Below, piece by piece: positions 1 through 10,086 of a DNA stretch of 64,000 nucleotides (position 1 is its first letter; each line of letters opens with the position of its first letter). Below the pieces are notes generated by a model. The model saw only the letters and a list, made by a program, of their open reading frames with translations, did no database searches and had not been told where the DNA came from. The position numbers were made by a program, and so were the translations under genes. The DNA comes from an uncultured Gammaproteobacteria bacterium (GTDB lineage Bacteria > Patescibacteriota > Microgenomatia > Levybacterales > UBA12049): the NCBI GenBank assembly GCA_965230895.1, contig OZ246394.1:29723-93722 (forward strand), given 5' to 3'.

Positions 1-62
1 GTAAAATCGGAGAGAATATCACAATTAAAAAGTTTATCCGATTTGAGATCTAAACTTACTTT

Positions 63-614
63 ATGGATCCAGTCTTAACTACTACAAAGCAAAAACTTCA
101 AAAGGTTCTCGATGTTCTTCGTGATGATATCGCAACAATTCGTACTGGCCGCGCAACTCCATCATTAGTCGAAAATATTACTGTTATGGCATATGGTGGC
201 TCCGCAAAACTTAAAGTTATGGAGCTTGCAACAATTGGAGCGCCAGACAATCAAACTGTTGTTGTCACACCTTTTGATGTTTCCACAATCCATGAAATCC
301 AAAAGGGGATTGAGCTTGCAAATGTTGGCTTTAATCCAATCATTGATGGAAATCTTCTTCGTATTTCTATCCCACCACTTTCTTTGGAACGTCGACAAGA
401 ACTCATTAAAGCGATGAAACAGAAGTTAGAGAACGGACGCATTATGGTCCGACAAGTTCGTCACGAAATGATTGAGGATATGAAGAAAGATTATGAAGGT
501 CGTGAAGATGATATCAAGCGTCTTGAAAAAGAAGTACAAAAAGCAGTTGATGATACTATTGAAACGATCGAAGAGTGGGGCAAACAAAAAGAACAAGAAC
601 TTCTACAAATTTAG
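63..614 (+). CDS. frr: ribosome recycling factor
   Basis: 183 aa; full-length similarity to RRF (VENITVMAYGG..., the C-terminal basic coiled coil). Confidence 0.9.
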   Translation: MDPVLTTTKQKLQKVLDVLRDDIATIRTGRATPSLVENITVMAYGGSAKLKVMELATIGAPDNQTVVVTPFDVSTIHEIQKGIELANVGFNPIIDGNLLRISIPPLSLERRQELIKAMKQKLENGRIMVRQVRHEMIEDMKKDYEGREDDIKRLEKEVQKAVDDTIETIEEWGKQKEQELLQI

Positions 615-1937
615 TAACGCTAGATAATCTCCTTGCGGTTTATCTTCTTCAATTTTCATCCCTGCAGATTCCATTATCTTTTTTCTCATAGCCAAAAGCG
701 TTTCATTGTCTTTTTCATCATCTGAATTGAATTCATCTTTACTATTTATATACGTTTTATGATTTTCTAAAGCACGAGTTAACGCGATCATAGCTTCGCT
801 TGCATTTGGTTCCGCAGTAGCGACATCTTCTAAGAAGTCAGCATCTTTTTCAGAAAGCTTAGGTAAGGTTGCAATCGCAAGATTTAAATCTTTCTCTCTT
901 GCTTCATATTGTACTGAAGCATAAGAATGTGTTCCGATGCTATCGGGATCTTCTATGCTAAAAGATGTGTTGAAGGAATAAAACTGTGTTCCATGGGGAT
1001 GCTTTGCGGAAAGATCAAACCCAACATCAATTCTTGTGTCCGGGAGAACTGCTACTTTAATAAATTTATCTGGATCATCTGCATCTTCGCTATGTTTGCT
1101 CAAAAAGTGGGTTGCAGCTCCAATTGCCTTCGTCCATGCTTCATATTCTTGATGTTTTTTATCTCCTTGATCTTTCATATCATCAAGCGCTGCTTCATAA
1201 AATAATTGGATATCTTCAAAAGTAATATCATTTTTTCCACGAAGTTGTTCAAGAACCAAAGTAATTTTATTTGGATCGTAAACATATTCTGGCAAGATCT
1301 CCTGATCAACCCGTTCTAGATTTCCACTTTCATGAGTATTTGCAAACTTTTCTATTTCATCTGTATCGCCATCGAGAGCGAGTGCTTCATTCCTGACTTT
1401 TTCTGCATCTTCTGCTGAAGGGAATACAGCTGCTCGGATGTCTTCGAATATTTTTATATTTTTTGCAGCTTCTTCACGCTGTGGTGCGGTTGCGTCTTCA
1501 TTTGCAGCTGCAACTTCCCAGCGAGTAATTTGATTATCAAGGTATTTGGATGTTATCGCATGCTCAGCCATCGTAATATCACTAAATTGGCCAACTGCAG
1601 CTTTGGCTACTGTATCTAAAACAACATTGAGTTTCCTTTCAGTAGGTTTTAAGAGGTCTCTTCCTCCAATGACATATGTTTTTTGCTCTTTGACGTCATC
1701 GAGCTCACATTTTACGACAGCTAATGCGTCAAAAACGCTAGCCTTTCTTCCGCCTTCGTCAGCAAGGTTCATTTGGAGCAATGAGAGTTGATTGGCTTGC
1801 TCTGGAGATTCGAATTTCGTACCTTCATGGTTAAAACGTTCCGGTAATGTCCTTTTTTGTTCAGCTGATGAAGGTCCACCTTCTGGTCCAAACTCACTCA
1901 TACACTTATAGTACCGTACCTGAGCAACATGAAGCAA
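603..1937 (-). CDS. acidic hypothetical protein (likely start near 1903, MSEFGPEGG)
   Basis: 444-aa ORF, strongly acidic, no recognisable domain; a second ATG 34 nt inside is preceded by 'actataagtgt'. Confidence 0.45.
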   Translation of the reverse strand: MLHVAQVRYYKCMSEFGPEGGPSSAEQKRTLPERFNHEGTKFESPEQANQLSLLQMNLADEGGRKASVFDALAVVKCELDDVKEQKTYVIGGRDLLKPTERKLNVVLDTVAKAAVGQFSDITMAEHAITSKYLDNQITRWEVAAANEDATAPQREEAAKNIKIFEDIRAAVFPSAEDAEKVRNEALALDGDTDEIEKFANTHESGNLERVDQEILPEYVYDPNKITLVLEQLRGKNDITFEDIQLFYEAALDDMKDQGDKKHQEYEAWTKAIGAATHFLSKHSEDADDPDKFIKVAVLPDTRIDVGFDLSAKHPHGTQFYSFNTSFSIEDPDSIGTHSYASVQYEAREKDLNLAIATLPKLSEKDADFLEDVATAEPNASEAMIALTRALENHKTYINSKDEFNSDDEKDNETLLAMRKKIMESAGMKIEEDKPQGDYLALLNL

Positions 1938-1996
1938 GTAAAGAAGCGTAATTAACTATTGTGTGCAAGAGTTAAAAACCTGCTATAATTAATTTT

Positions 1997-3190
1997 ATGA
2001 TCAGTATGGTTGTTACCGCATTAATTTTCCTTCTTATTCTTTCGGTGCTTGTCCTTATCCACGAAGCAGGTCATTATTTCGTTGCAAAGAAATTAGGTAT
2101 TAAAGTCGAAGAGTTTGGTTTTGGTTTTCCTTTGACCCCTGCGCTTTGGCAAAAGAAAATAGGTGAGACAGTCTATTCTTTCTATCCAGTCTTGATTGGT
2201 GGTTTTGTAAAGCTGTATGGTGAAGACGAAGCTGGTGGTGGGAAAATTGCTGCACCAAAAGAAGCAAAGAAGGGGAAAGACCCTGATGCAAAGCGAGCAT
2301 TCTTCTCACGACCTTTGTGGCAGAGAACAGCTGTTGTGGTGGCTGGTGTCTTCATGAATGCTATCCTCGCAGCAGTTATCTATTACATTTTCCTCGGTAT
2401 GTCTGGTTTCAAAACAGAACTTCCTCTTATCGGACAACATACGTTCTTTGGCGTAAATCAAACGGTGAATACGCAAGTTGTTGTCAGTGAAGTCTCAAAG
2501 AATTCACCTGCAGAACAGGCTGGGATAAAACCGTTCTCTCAAGTCGAAAGTATCAATGGCGTTCCAATGAACGATCTTGAAGCATTTTCTTCAACGATAA
2601 AAGAAAATAAAGGGAAGCCATTACAAATTACGTGGACTGAAGAAAAAACAGGTAAGTCTTCGACAGCGACCGTCACTCCACGGGTCAATCCACCAAAGGG
2701 TGAAGGTGCTCTGGGTGTAGCATTTTTCCCTGTCCAGACGGTGACACTTGCTTATGAAACTCCAACGCAAAAAGCACTTTCGGGTGTTGTTCATCCTGCT
2801 AACTTGATGGCATACAACTTCAATGTGCTTGGACAATTAATTGGAGTATCTGTCCGTGAGAAGACTGCAGAACCAATCAGCCAAGGTGTTTCTGGGCCTG
2901 TGGGTATTTACAATGTCGTTGGAACAATTGTTGACTTGCCTGATGCAAAAGAACGATTTTTGCAGCTGCTAAACTTAGCTGGATTACTCTCAATTTCACT
3001 TGCATTCTTTAATGTCCTTCCAATTCCTGGGCTTGATGGCGGAAGATTATTCTTCATTATTCTCGAAGGAATTATCGGAAAGAAAGTCAATCCAAAAGTT
3101 GAAGGTTATTTCCACGCAGTTGGTATGGTGCTTTTGATCGGGTTGCTGCTCCTTGTTACTATTAAAGATATAACCCAATTATTTAAGTAG
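1997..3190 (+). CDS. rseP: RseP-like site-2 zinc metalloprotease (M50) with PDZ domain
   Basis: N-terminal TM + HEAGH (HExxH); central PDZ-like segment; C-terminal 'FNVLPIPGLDGGRLFF' LDG motif; TM C-terminus. Confidence 0.85.
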   Translation: MISMVVTALIFLLILSVLVLIHEAGHYFVAKKLGIKVEEFGFGFPLTPALWQKKIGETVYSFYPVLIGGFVKLYGEDEAGGGKIAAPKEAKKGKDPDAKRAFFSRPLWQRTAVVVAGVFMNAILAAVIYYIFLGMSGFKTELPLIGQHTFFGVNQTVNTQVVVSEVSKNSPAEQAGIKPFSQVESINGVPMNDLEAFSSTIKENKGKPLQITWTEEKTGKSSTATVTPRVNPPKGEGALGVAFFPVQTVTLAYETPTQKALSGVVHPANLMAYNFNVLGQLIGVSVREKTAEPISQGVSGPVGIYNVVGTIVDLPDAKERFLQLLNLAGLLSISLAFFNVLPIPGLDGGRLFFIILEGIIGKKVNPKVEGYFHAVGMVLLIGLLLLVTIKDITQLFK

Positions 3191-3203
3191 TTTGATTCTT
3201 TAT

Positions 3204-3290
3204 GTTTGTCATGCTGAGTTTATTTCAGCATCCCCAATTAATAGCTTTCAATGTGAAATCCTGAATAAGTTCAGGATGACAGTGTATTTT
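3204..3290. repeat. double-hairpin intergenic repeat element, copy 1
   Basis: Two perfect hairpins (CATGCTGA..TCAGCATG; ATCCTGAAtaagTTCAGGAT); about 85% reverse-complement match to 39671-39748. Confidence 0.5.
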
Positions 3291-3291
3291 C

Positions 3292-4065
3292 TTGACTTTG
3301 TTTTTTCTATCTGTAAGACTAGATATGAGGGAAATTATGGTTAATGAAGAGCTAGTTGCAAATATTCAAACAAGATTCCAACAAGGGCAAAGACGGACAG
3401 AAATCCGCCAAGATTTAATGGAGGAAGGCTGGGAAGAGCAAGACATTGATGCCGCCATCTCATACATTCAAAATGAAGCGATAAAACAGATTCCTGGTAT
3501 TTCTCATATCTACAAATTTATCGATAATCTCGACAGCAAAACCGCTCATTCATCTCCCAAAGTAATTGCAACAGTTTTGGCATGTTGTTTCGGTGTTTTA
3601 CTCATTATCTTTGCAGCGCTCTATTATTTCTTGGACCCACTTGGATTTGGAGGAGTTGAAAGAGATAAGCAACGTGAAGCAGATATCGTAAAAGTTCGGA
3701 GTGCGATTGATAAGTATCAAGAAGAGAAAGGAAGATATCCTGGATCATTGCAGGAATTACTGCCGAAATATCTCCAGGCAATCCCACTTGACCCAGAAAC
3801 TGGTGGTCAATACAGTTATCAGACAATGGATAACAATTATAATTATGAACTTTGTGTAAACTTCGAATCTAAAGCCCCACAATGTGTCTCTTCATCAATT
3901 GATACATCTGATATTCCTATGGTGATAGCGACACCGACACCTGTTGCAACGGATACAGTTACTTTACCAGTAGAACCAGAGGCATCAGCACCAGCTGATT
4001 TGGAAGAAGCACCGATCGTAACACCTGCCCCCGAAATAACAGGAGAGGGAAGCTTGGCATTATGA
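3292..4065 (+). CDS. hypothetical membrane protein with pseudopilin (GspG-like) C-terminal fold signature
   Basis: TM helix then 'RSAIDKYQEEKGRYPGSLQELLPKYLQAIPLDPETGGQYSY' resembling the T2SS/T4P pseudopilin body; start uncertain (alt. 3338). Confidence 0.4.
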   Translation: MTLFFLSVRLDMREIMVNEELVANIQTRFQQGQRRTEIRQDLMEEGWEEQDIDAAISYIQNEAIKQIPGISHIYKFIDNLDSKTAHSSPKVIATVLACCFGVLLIIFAALYYFLDPLGFGGVERDKQREADIVKVRSAIDKYQEEKGRYPGSLQELLPKYLQAIPLDPETGGQYSYQTMDNNYNYELCVNFESKAPQCVSSSIDTSDIPMVIATPTPVATDTVTLPVEPEASAPADLEEAPIVTPAPEITGEGSLAL

Positions 4066-4823
4066 CTTCAGCCGCAGATATCGCCAAAAAGCATACTCAT
4101 CTCCATCACGCAAATCAGAATATAACGATAGCTCAAGTTTCAGATAGTGACCAGGGTATTGTCTTGGCGAAAAAGATTCTCTACGAAGTAACTGATGCAA
4201 CTACGACATTATATCTTTCGGGAGGAAGGACGCCAAAGTCCTTGTATGAGCAGCTTGCACAAGAAGAACAGATTAAACCTGGTGCAGTTGGTATGGTTGA
4301 TGAAAGGTTTGGGAAAAAATTCCATGGAAATAGTAACGAAAAAATGATTCGCGAGACCGGATTTCTTCGCTATCTTGAAATCCTGGATATTCCTTTTTAT
4401 CCAATTCTCCAAAATGAAACAAACCGTGAGGATACTGCACGTTTCTACGATGAAAAAGTGCGTCATCTTAATGCAACGTTTCATCAAAGTGTTGCAATTC
4501 TTGGCATTGGAACCGATGGTCATACTTCGAGCCTTGCTCCAAACAGGAAAGATTTCAAAAATCCTATGTTTGATCCGATGCGGAATCATTTACTTGTCTC
4601 AGAATTTAATGATCCAAAAAGTTTTTATGGTGAAAGAGTCGGAATGACTTTCCTTGGGTTATCGATGATTGATCTGCATATTGTCCTGATCTTTGGTGAT
4701 GATAAAAAAGATGCATTGGACGCACTCTTTGAAAATGGGGCAGAAGAAGAAATTCCATCACGGTTTTTCAAACGCCCTGATATAGCAAATAAAACTCTTT
4801 TCATTACCGACCAAAACGTTTAG
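4062..4823 (+). CDS. pgl: 6-phosphogluconolactonase
   Basis: 'LYLSGGRTPKSLYEQL' and 'ILGIGTDGHTSSLAPN' match the Pgl/NagB family motifs; overlaps the zwf operon. Confidence 0.7.
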   Translation: MTSAADIAKKHTHLHHANQNITIAQVSDSDQGIVLAKKILYEVTDATTTLYLSGGRTPKSLYEQLAQEEQIKPGAVGMVDERFGKKFHGNSNEKMIRETGFLRYLEILDIPFYPILQNETNREDTARFYDEKVRHLNATFHQSVAILGIGTDGHTSSLAPNRKDFKNPMFDPMRNHLLVSEFNDPKSFYGERVGMTFLGLSMIDLHIVLIFGDDKKDALDALFENGAEEEIPSRFFKRPDIANKTLFITDQNV

Positions 4824-4833
4824 AATAGGGAAT

Positions 4834-6267
4834 ATGTCTCCCTTTGTTTTTGTCATATTTGGCGCGACCGGTGATTTGGCCCGACATAAATTACTCCCAG
4901 CCCTCTTCTCATTATACAAGCACAATCAGCTTGGGCAGAAATTCTATATTGTTGGATTCGCAAGACGCGAATTTACAGACGAAGAGTATGCTCACATGCT
5001 TGGTGATGAACTAGAATTTCATAAAGATGAAAAGTGGAAGGCTTTTGCAAAGAATATTTATTATCAACAAGGATATTTCGATCAGCCTCAGGGATATGAA
5101 GAATTAATTGGAAAGCTCAATGGTTTTGATACTGAAATTGGAGCATGTATCACACGCGTTTTTTATCTTGCCACACCACCGGATAATTACGAAAATATTC
5201 TCCAACATCTTGAGTCGACGAAACTTTCCGAAGGCTGCGGACAAGGTTCTGAGAAATGGACACGATTGGCAATCGAAAAACCTTTTGGTAAAGATCTTGA
5301 TACAGCACGAGCTCTTGATAAAAAACTTTCAAATATATTTGAAGAAAAGCAAATTTATCGTGTTGATCACTATCTCGGTAAAGAAACAGTACAGAATATG
5401 TTGGCGTTTCGTTTTGCCAACAGTATCTTCGAACCAATTTGGAATAAGCAGCATATCGATAATGTCCAGATAACATTCGCTGAGAAAAAAGGAATCGGTA
5501 CGAGAGGAAAATTTTTTGATGGAGTTGGAATGCTTCGCGATGTTGCACAGAATCATCTGCTGCAGCTTTTTGCGACCGTGGCTATGGAGCAGCCAAAGAG
5601 TTTCACTAAGGAAAGCGTCCGTGACGAACGTGCGAAAGCAATCAAAGCGATCCGTCCATTAACGCAAGAAGATGTGAAGCGTCAAGTTGTTCGTGGACAA
5701 TATGTCGGATATACCAAGGAGAAAGATGTTGTTCCATCTTCACGGACTGAAACATTTGCTGCAATGAAACTTTTTGTGGATACTGAACGGTTTGCAGACG
5801 TTCCTTTTTACTTACGAGCTGGAAAAGAAATTGAGCAAAACCTCGTGGAGATAAAAGTTATCTTTAAACAAACTTGTCATATTTTATTTAAAGAATATGG
5901 TTGTCCTGAAGTCGGAAATGTCCTCACAATTCGTATTCAACCAGATGAAGGAATAAATCTTCGTGTGATGGCAAAGAATCCGGGAACTGAGCTTGCTCTA
6001 AGCACAGTTGATATGCATTTCTCTTATCATGCTACATTCGGACATCATGGTGCAGACGCCTATGAAAAAATTATGTTGGATATCCTGAAAGGTGACCAAA
6101 TCCTGTTTAATCGCTCCGATGAACTCGATTATTCTTGGTCGCTCATTTCGCAGATTCTCAAGGGATGGGAAGAGGACTCTGAGGATGTCCCTCAATATGA
6201 GAAAGGTAAATGGGGACCAAAAGAAGCATTTGATCTTATAGAGCGAGATGGAAGAAAATGGTTGTGA
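4834..6267 (+). CDS. zwf: glucose-6-phosphate 1-dehydrogenase
   Basis: 'VIFGATGDLARHKLLPAL', 'IYRVDHYLGKE' canonical G6PD motifs; 477 aa. Confidence 0.9.
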   Translation: MSPFVFVIFGATGDLARHKLLPALFSLYKHNQLGQKFYIVGFARREFTDEEYAHMLGDELEFHKDEKWKAFAKNIYYQQGYFDQPQGYEELIGKLNGFDTEIGACITRVFYLATPPDNYENILQHLESTKLSEGCGQGSEKWTRLAIEKPFGKDLDTARALDKKLSNIFEEKQIYRVDHYLGKETVQNMLAFRFANSIFEPIWNKQHIDNVQITFAEKKGIGTRGKFFDGVGMLRDVAQNHLLQLFATVAMEQPKSFTKESVRDERAKAIKAIRPLTQEDVKRQVVRGQYVGYTKEKDVVPSSRTETFAAMKLFVDTERFADVPFYLRAGKEIEQNLVEIKVIFKQTCHILFKEYGCPEVGNVLTIRIQPDEGINLRVMAKNPGTELALSTVDMHFSYHATFGHHGADAYEKIMLDILKGDQILFNRSDELDYSWSLISQILKGWEEDSEDVPQYEKGKWGPKEAFDLIERDGRKWL

Positions 6268-6309
6268 TTGGTATTTCTTCGCTGGTGTGTTATAAATAAT
6301 AAGTAAATT

Positions 6310-7293
6310 ATGCAAGTAGCTATTTTAGGACTCGGAAGAATGGGCAGAAATATTGCCGAGAAGTTGATGAAAGAAGGACATCATGTTGTGGTCTGGAATC
6401 GTTCTCGAGCAATCCTTGACGAGATGCGTCAGAACGAAACAGAATATATCGTTAATGGGCAGTTGGTATTAGCTCATACTCTTGAAGAACTTCGAGATAC
6501 ACTACAAAAACCTCGTATTCTCTGGGCAATGCTTCCAGCAGGAGATCCTACAGAAAATGTCATGACACAACTTCTGGAAACAGTTGTGGAGCAAGGAGAT
6601 GTTGTTATCGATGGAGGAAATGCTTTTTATAAAGATACCGAGCGAAGAGCGCAACAGTTTGCTCAAAAATCTGTGAAGTATCTTGGAATTGGTGTTTCAG
6701 GTGGTATCGTTGGTGCAACGAATGGATACCCTCTTATGGTTGGTGGAGACCAAACTGGATATGAATATATTAAGCCTGTTCTTGATAGTCTTGTAAAGCC
6801 AAATGGGGGACATGCATACTTTGGTACAGGTGGTGCTGGACATTTTGTAAAAATGGTTCACAACGGTATTGAATATGGGATGATGCAAGCTATTGCTGAA
6901 GGTTTTGGTGTCCTTGCCAAAAGTGAATATCGACCAAATCTTATTAGCGTTGCAAACACATGGCAAAAAGGAAGTATTATCTCTAGTTTTCTTGTCTGGA
7001 TGGCTGAAAATGCAATTAGTAAGGATCCAAACCTTGCCCAATTTGATGGTTTTATTGAAGCAACTGGTGAAGGGAAATGGACTAGTGAATTCGCGAAAGA
7101 AAATCACGTGCCAACTCCTGTTTTGGATGCATCAATTGATTTTCGTAATCGATCGCAATACGATAAGGGTGTACAAGAAACATATGTCGCGAAGCTTGTC
7201 GCTGCACTTCGTCATGAATTTGGTGGACATGCGATTCATAAAGAAGATCCAATCGCTAATGGATCTGGAACTCCTCCAACACAGACTTCATAA
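6310..7293 (+). CDS. gnd: 6-phosphogluconate dehydrogenase (decarboxylating), short form
   Basis: N-terminal 'VAILGLGRMGRNIAEKL' Rossmann; 6PGDH central/C-terminal similarity; preceded by 'TGTGTTATAAAT'. Confidence 0.8.
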   Translation: MQVAILGLGRMGRNIAEKLMKEGHHVVVWNRSRAILDEMRQNETEYIVNGQLVLAHTLEELRDTLQKPRILWAMLPAGDPTENVMTQLLETVVEQGDVVIDGGNAFYKDTERRAQQFAQKSVKYLGIGVSGGIVGATNGYPLMVGGDQTGYEYIKPVLDSLVKPNGGHAYFGTGGAGHFVKMVHNGIEYGMMQAIAEGFGVLAKSEYRPNLISVANTWQKGSIISSFLVWMAENAISKDPNLAQFDGFIEATGEGKWTSEFAKENHVPTPVLDASIDFRNRSQYDKGVQETYVAKLVAALRHEFGGHAIHKEDPIANGSGTPPTQTS

Positions 7294-7303
7294 GCCCTCA
7301 AGT

Positions 7304-7332
7304 TTGACTTAGCTTCACATTTTGGCTACAAT
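7304..7332 (+). promoter_or_regulatory. sigma-A type promoter for proS leader (TTGACT-17-TACAAT)
   Basis: ttgact at 7304-7309, 17-nt spacer, tacaat at 7327-7332. Confidence 0.5.
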
Positions 7333-7339
7333 ATGTTCA

Positions 7340-7568
7340 TAAAGCGTTGGAGTTTGGCATCCTACCAAACAATTTCATTTTTGAAACGCTGACTGTGGGT
7401 TTACAAGAACGAAGCAGTACGGAAAGCCTAACCGTATAAATAAGGAAACTGAAATCATTCGTATGAATAGAGTCAGTGAGTAAGGTTTCATTAGTGATAA
7501 TGAAGCGAACCAGGGTGGTACCACGAGAAATTACCTCGTCCTTGAGCTGTACAAGGGGGAGGTTTTTT
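7340..7568 (+). promoter_or_regulatory. T-box riboswitch leader (Pro-specific candidate) with terminator/antiterminator
   Basis: T-box sequence 'AACCAGGGTGGTACCACGAG' at 7508-7527; 11-bp terminator stem 7531-7561 followed by T7; candidate specifier CCU-A at 7361-7364; sits upstream of proS. Confidence 0.6.
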
Positions 7569-7569
7569 T

Positions 7570-7938
7570 GTGCCTGAAAAATATCGTAAAATAACAACAG
7601 AAATTATACTTGCGGGAGAACATGCTGAAGCATACTTAACAAGGAAAGAATTATTGGATAAAACGCATCGAAATGAGAATGGTGAATTCTTGGTCGGGAA
7701 ATTTGCTGGACGAAAAAGAAGATCTATTCTTGGAACAACCCATGTCGAGTTTGGTTTTGTAAAAGAAACAGGCAATCGAGAGGTCATTTTATTTGGAGGA
7801 TGGCTTGGAAACAAAAAGAAGGGGCGTAAAATTTCTGTTTCACCAGAAGGAGTTGGCTTTCAACAATTTACAAATGGTGTTGATATCGTGGTTAGAACAA
7901 ATGCTGAAACAGCAGTCTATGAAGAAAATATACGCTAG
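7570..7938 (+). CDS. hypothetical protein (GTG start), co-transcribed with proS under T-box control
   Basis: 122-aa ORF immediately after T-box terminator; no confident domain; position suggests a ProRS accessory or editing factor. Confidence 0.4.
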   Translation: MPEKYRKITTEIILAGEHAEAYLTRKELLDKTHRNENGEFLVGKFAGRKRRSILGTTHVEFGFVKETGNREVILFGGWLGNKKKGRKISVSPEGVGFQQFTNGVDIVVRTNAETAVYEENIR

Positions 7939-7959
7939 AGATTATGCTATACTAACAAC

Positions 7960-9192
7960 ATGAAATATTCGAAATTATATATCAAAACAAGTAAAAATGT
8001 GCCATCTGATGAAACTGCTAAAAATGCTCAGCTCCTCATCCAAGCGGGTTTTGTTTACAAAATAATGGCTGGCGTTTATGCTTATTCGCCACTTGGTTTG
8101 CGAGTGCTTGAGAATATCAAAAAGATTGTTCGAGAAGAGATGAATGCAGTTGATGGTCAAGAGCTGATCATGTCGAGTCTTCAAAATCCTGAAACATGGA
8201 AAATTACAACAAGATGGGATGATGATGTCGTCGATGTGTGGTTCAAATCAAAACTGAAAGATGAAACTGAAATTGGTCTTGCCTGGTCTCATGAAGAGCC
8301 AATTATGGAGATGATGCAGCATGTTATTACAAGTTACCGTGATCTTCCAACAAGTGTCTATCAATTCCAAACCAAACTTCGAAATGAATTGCGTGCAAAG
8401 AGTGGAATCATGCGCGGACGAGAATTTGTCATGAAAGATATGTATTCATTGCATGCTTCAGCTGAGGATCTGGACAAATATTACAACGAAGTAATTGAGG
8501 CATACAAGAAAGTCTATGATCGGTTAGGTTTGGGAGAGGACACGTATGTTACTTTCGCAAGTGGTGGTGCATTTACCAAGTTTAGTCACGAATTCCAAAC
8601 TATTTGTGAAGCTGGAGAAGATATCTTGTATCTACATCGAGGGAAGAATATTGCTGTCAATGAAGAAGTCCTTGATGAAGCAGTTAAAGAGCTTGGCATC
8701 GATAAAAAGGATCTTGAAAAAGTGAAGAGTGCAGAAGTTGGTAATATCTTTAACTTTGGTACGGAAAAAGCAGAACAAATGGGAATTACATTTACAGATA
8801 AAGAAGGTAAGCAGCAACCAATTTACCTTGCCTCATATGGTATTGGAATTACACGTGTCATGGGAGTTATCGTTGAGAAATTTGTAGATGAGCGAGGCAT
8901 TGTCTGGCCTGAAAATGTCGCTCCTTACAAAGTGTATTTGGTTTCAATTAAAGCAAATGACAAAGCAGAGAAGTTATATAAAAATCTTCAACAAGCTGGA
9001 GTAGAAGTTCTTTATGATGATCGCGAAGATGTGGGGCCTGGTGCGAAGTTCGCAGATGCAGACTTGATTGGAATTCCAGTAAGATTGGTTGTCTCACCAA
9101 AAACAGAAGAGAAAGTTGAATGGAAAAAAAGAACAGAAAAAGAATCAGAATTAATCAGTGTCGAAGAAGTCCTCAAACGCTTGAAGAAGTAA
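7960..9192 (+). CDS. proS: prolyl-tRNA synthetase, short form lacking the INS editing domain
   Basis: Class II motif 2 'FQTKLRNELRAKSGIMRGREFVMKDMYSLH', motif 1 and C-terminal anticodon-binding domain; 410 aa. Confidence 0.9.
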   Translation: MKYSKLYIKTSKNVPSDETAKNAQLLIQAGFVYKIMAGVYAYSPLGLRVLENIKKIVREEMNAVDGQELIMSSLQNPETWKITTRWDDDVVDVWFKSKLKDETEIGLAWSHEEPIMEMMQHVITSYRDLPTSVYQFQTKLRNELRAKSGIMRGREFVMKDMYSLHASAEDLDKYYNEVIEAYKKVYDRLGLGEDTYVTFASGGAFTKFSHEFQTICEAGEDILYLHRGKNIAVNEEVLDEAVKELGIDKKDLEKVKSAEVGNIFNFGTEKAEQMGITFTDKEGKQQPIYLASYGIGITRVMGVIVEKFVDERGIVWPENVAPYKVYLVSIKANDKAEKLYKNLQQAGVEVLYDDREDVGPGAKFADADLIGIPVRLVVSPKTEEKVEWKKRTEKESELISVEEVLKRLKK

Positions 9193-9990
9193 CTAGAATA
9201 AGAACGGTAAATTAAATACTTTAATCCAAAAAACTGTATAAATCGCAAAGAAAACTACTGCACCTACAATATACAAAACCCGAAGTAAGGATGATGCTTC
9301 ATGAGGTGCGTTTGCTTGAGAAACTTCAGCAGGTGAAGGCAATGGCTGTGTGAATACTTGCGCTTGGGGTTCTCCTGGCGCAGGATTATACGGAGTGACA
9401 GGTGCCATAGGATCTGCATCTGGCGTTTGATTCGAAGAATCAAGTGATGAGAATGCCTGTGGAGATGCCATTTCAGGTTGAGATGGAGTTTCTGAAGGCG
9501 CAGGATTATTGAAAAAAGCAGACGGCGAACTGCTCGGAGTAGCAAGACTTGATGTTGGTTCGGATGGTATAGGAGAAGGCTCATTCGTCGCAAAAAGTGT
9601 TGCTGAAGGATCAGTTGTTTCAGGTGAAGTTGGCGATGGTTGTCCAAAAGGATCATTCATTGGGGGCATTGCTGGTTCTGTCGGCATGGGATTTGAAAGT
9701 GTTGGATCTGTGATCGGAGTTGCTGACGGTGATGTCGACAAAACATTATTTGGATCGCTAGTATTAATGAGCGGATCAGTAGCTGAAGCTGAAAGACTAC
9801 TTGCCATAGGATCTGACGGCATTGCTGTATCTGCCGGTGTCGGTGTATTCACCGGAGTATCTGTCGGAGTTGTCCCTGATGCATCGTGTGCCACACCCAT
9901 GATTCGATCATAAGTTTCGCGTGCTTTCGGGTCAAGGTGATTAAGGGCTTTTGGATCCATAAGGTCTCTTTTAATCATCCCATTTTTCAA
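9193..9990 (-). CDS. Pro/Thr/Ser-rich protein with C-terminal TM anchor
   Basis: 265 aa, long low-complexity PT/PS tract, C-terminal 'LYIVGAVVFFAIYTVFWI' hydrophobic segment. Confidence 0.5.
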   Translation of the reverse strand: MKNGMIKRDLMDPKALNHLDPKARETYDRIMGVAHDASGTTPTDTPVNTPTPADTAMPSDPMASSLSASATDPLINTSDPNNVLSTSPSATPITDPTLSNPMPTEPAMPPMNDPFGQPSPTSPETTDPSATLFATNEPSPIPSEPTSSLATPSSSPSAFFNNPAPSETPSQPEMASPQAFSSLDSSNQTPDADPMAPVTPYNPAPGEPQAQVFTQPLPSPAEVSQANAPHEASSLLRVLYIVGAVVFFAIYTVFWIKVFNLPFLF

Positions 9991-10086
9991 ACTTTATTGT
10001 CAAGGGTCAGCGGAATGTACCATTGGGGTAGAGAACCGGAATGTCAGGTTAACACTAATACAGTTTGTTATAATACGTCCTATTAG

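Noticed and set aside
9193-9990. PT-rich tracts here and at 54300-54420, 57780-58200 as CRISPR or other DNA repeats
   Set aside because: They are coding low-complexity Pro/Thr linkers with imperfect codon-level repetition, not spacer-repeat arrays.
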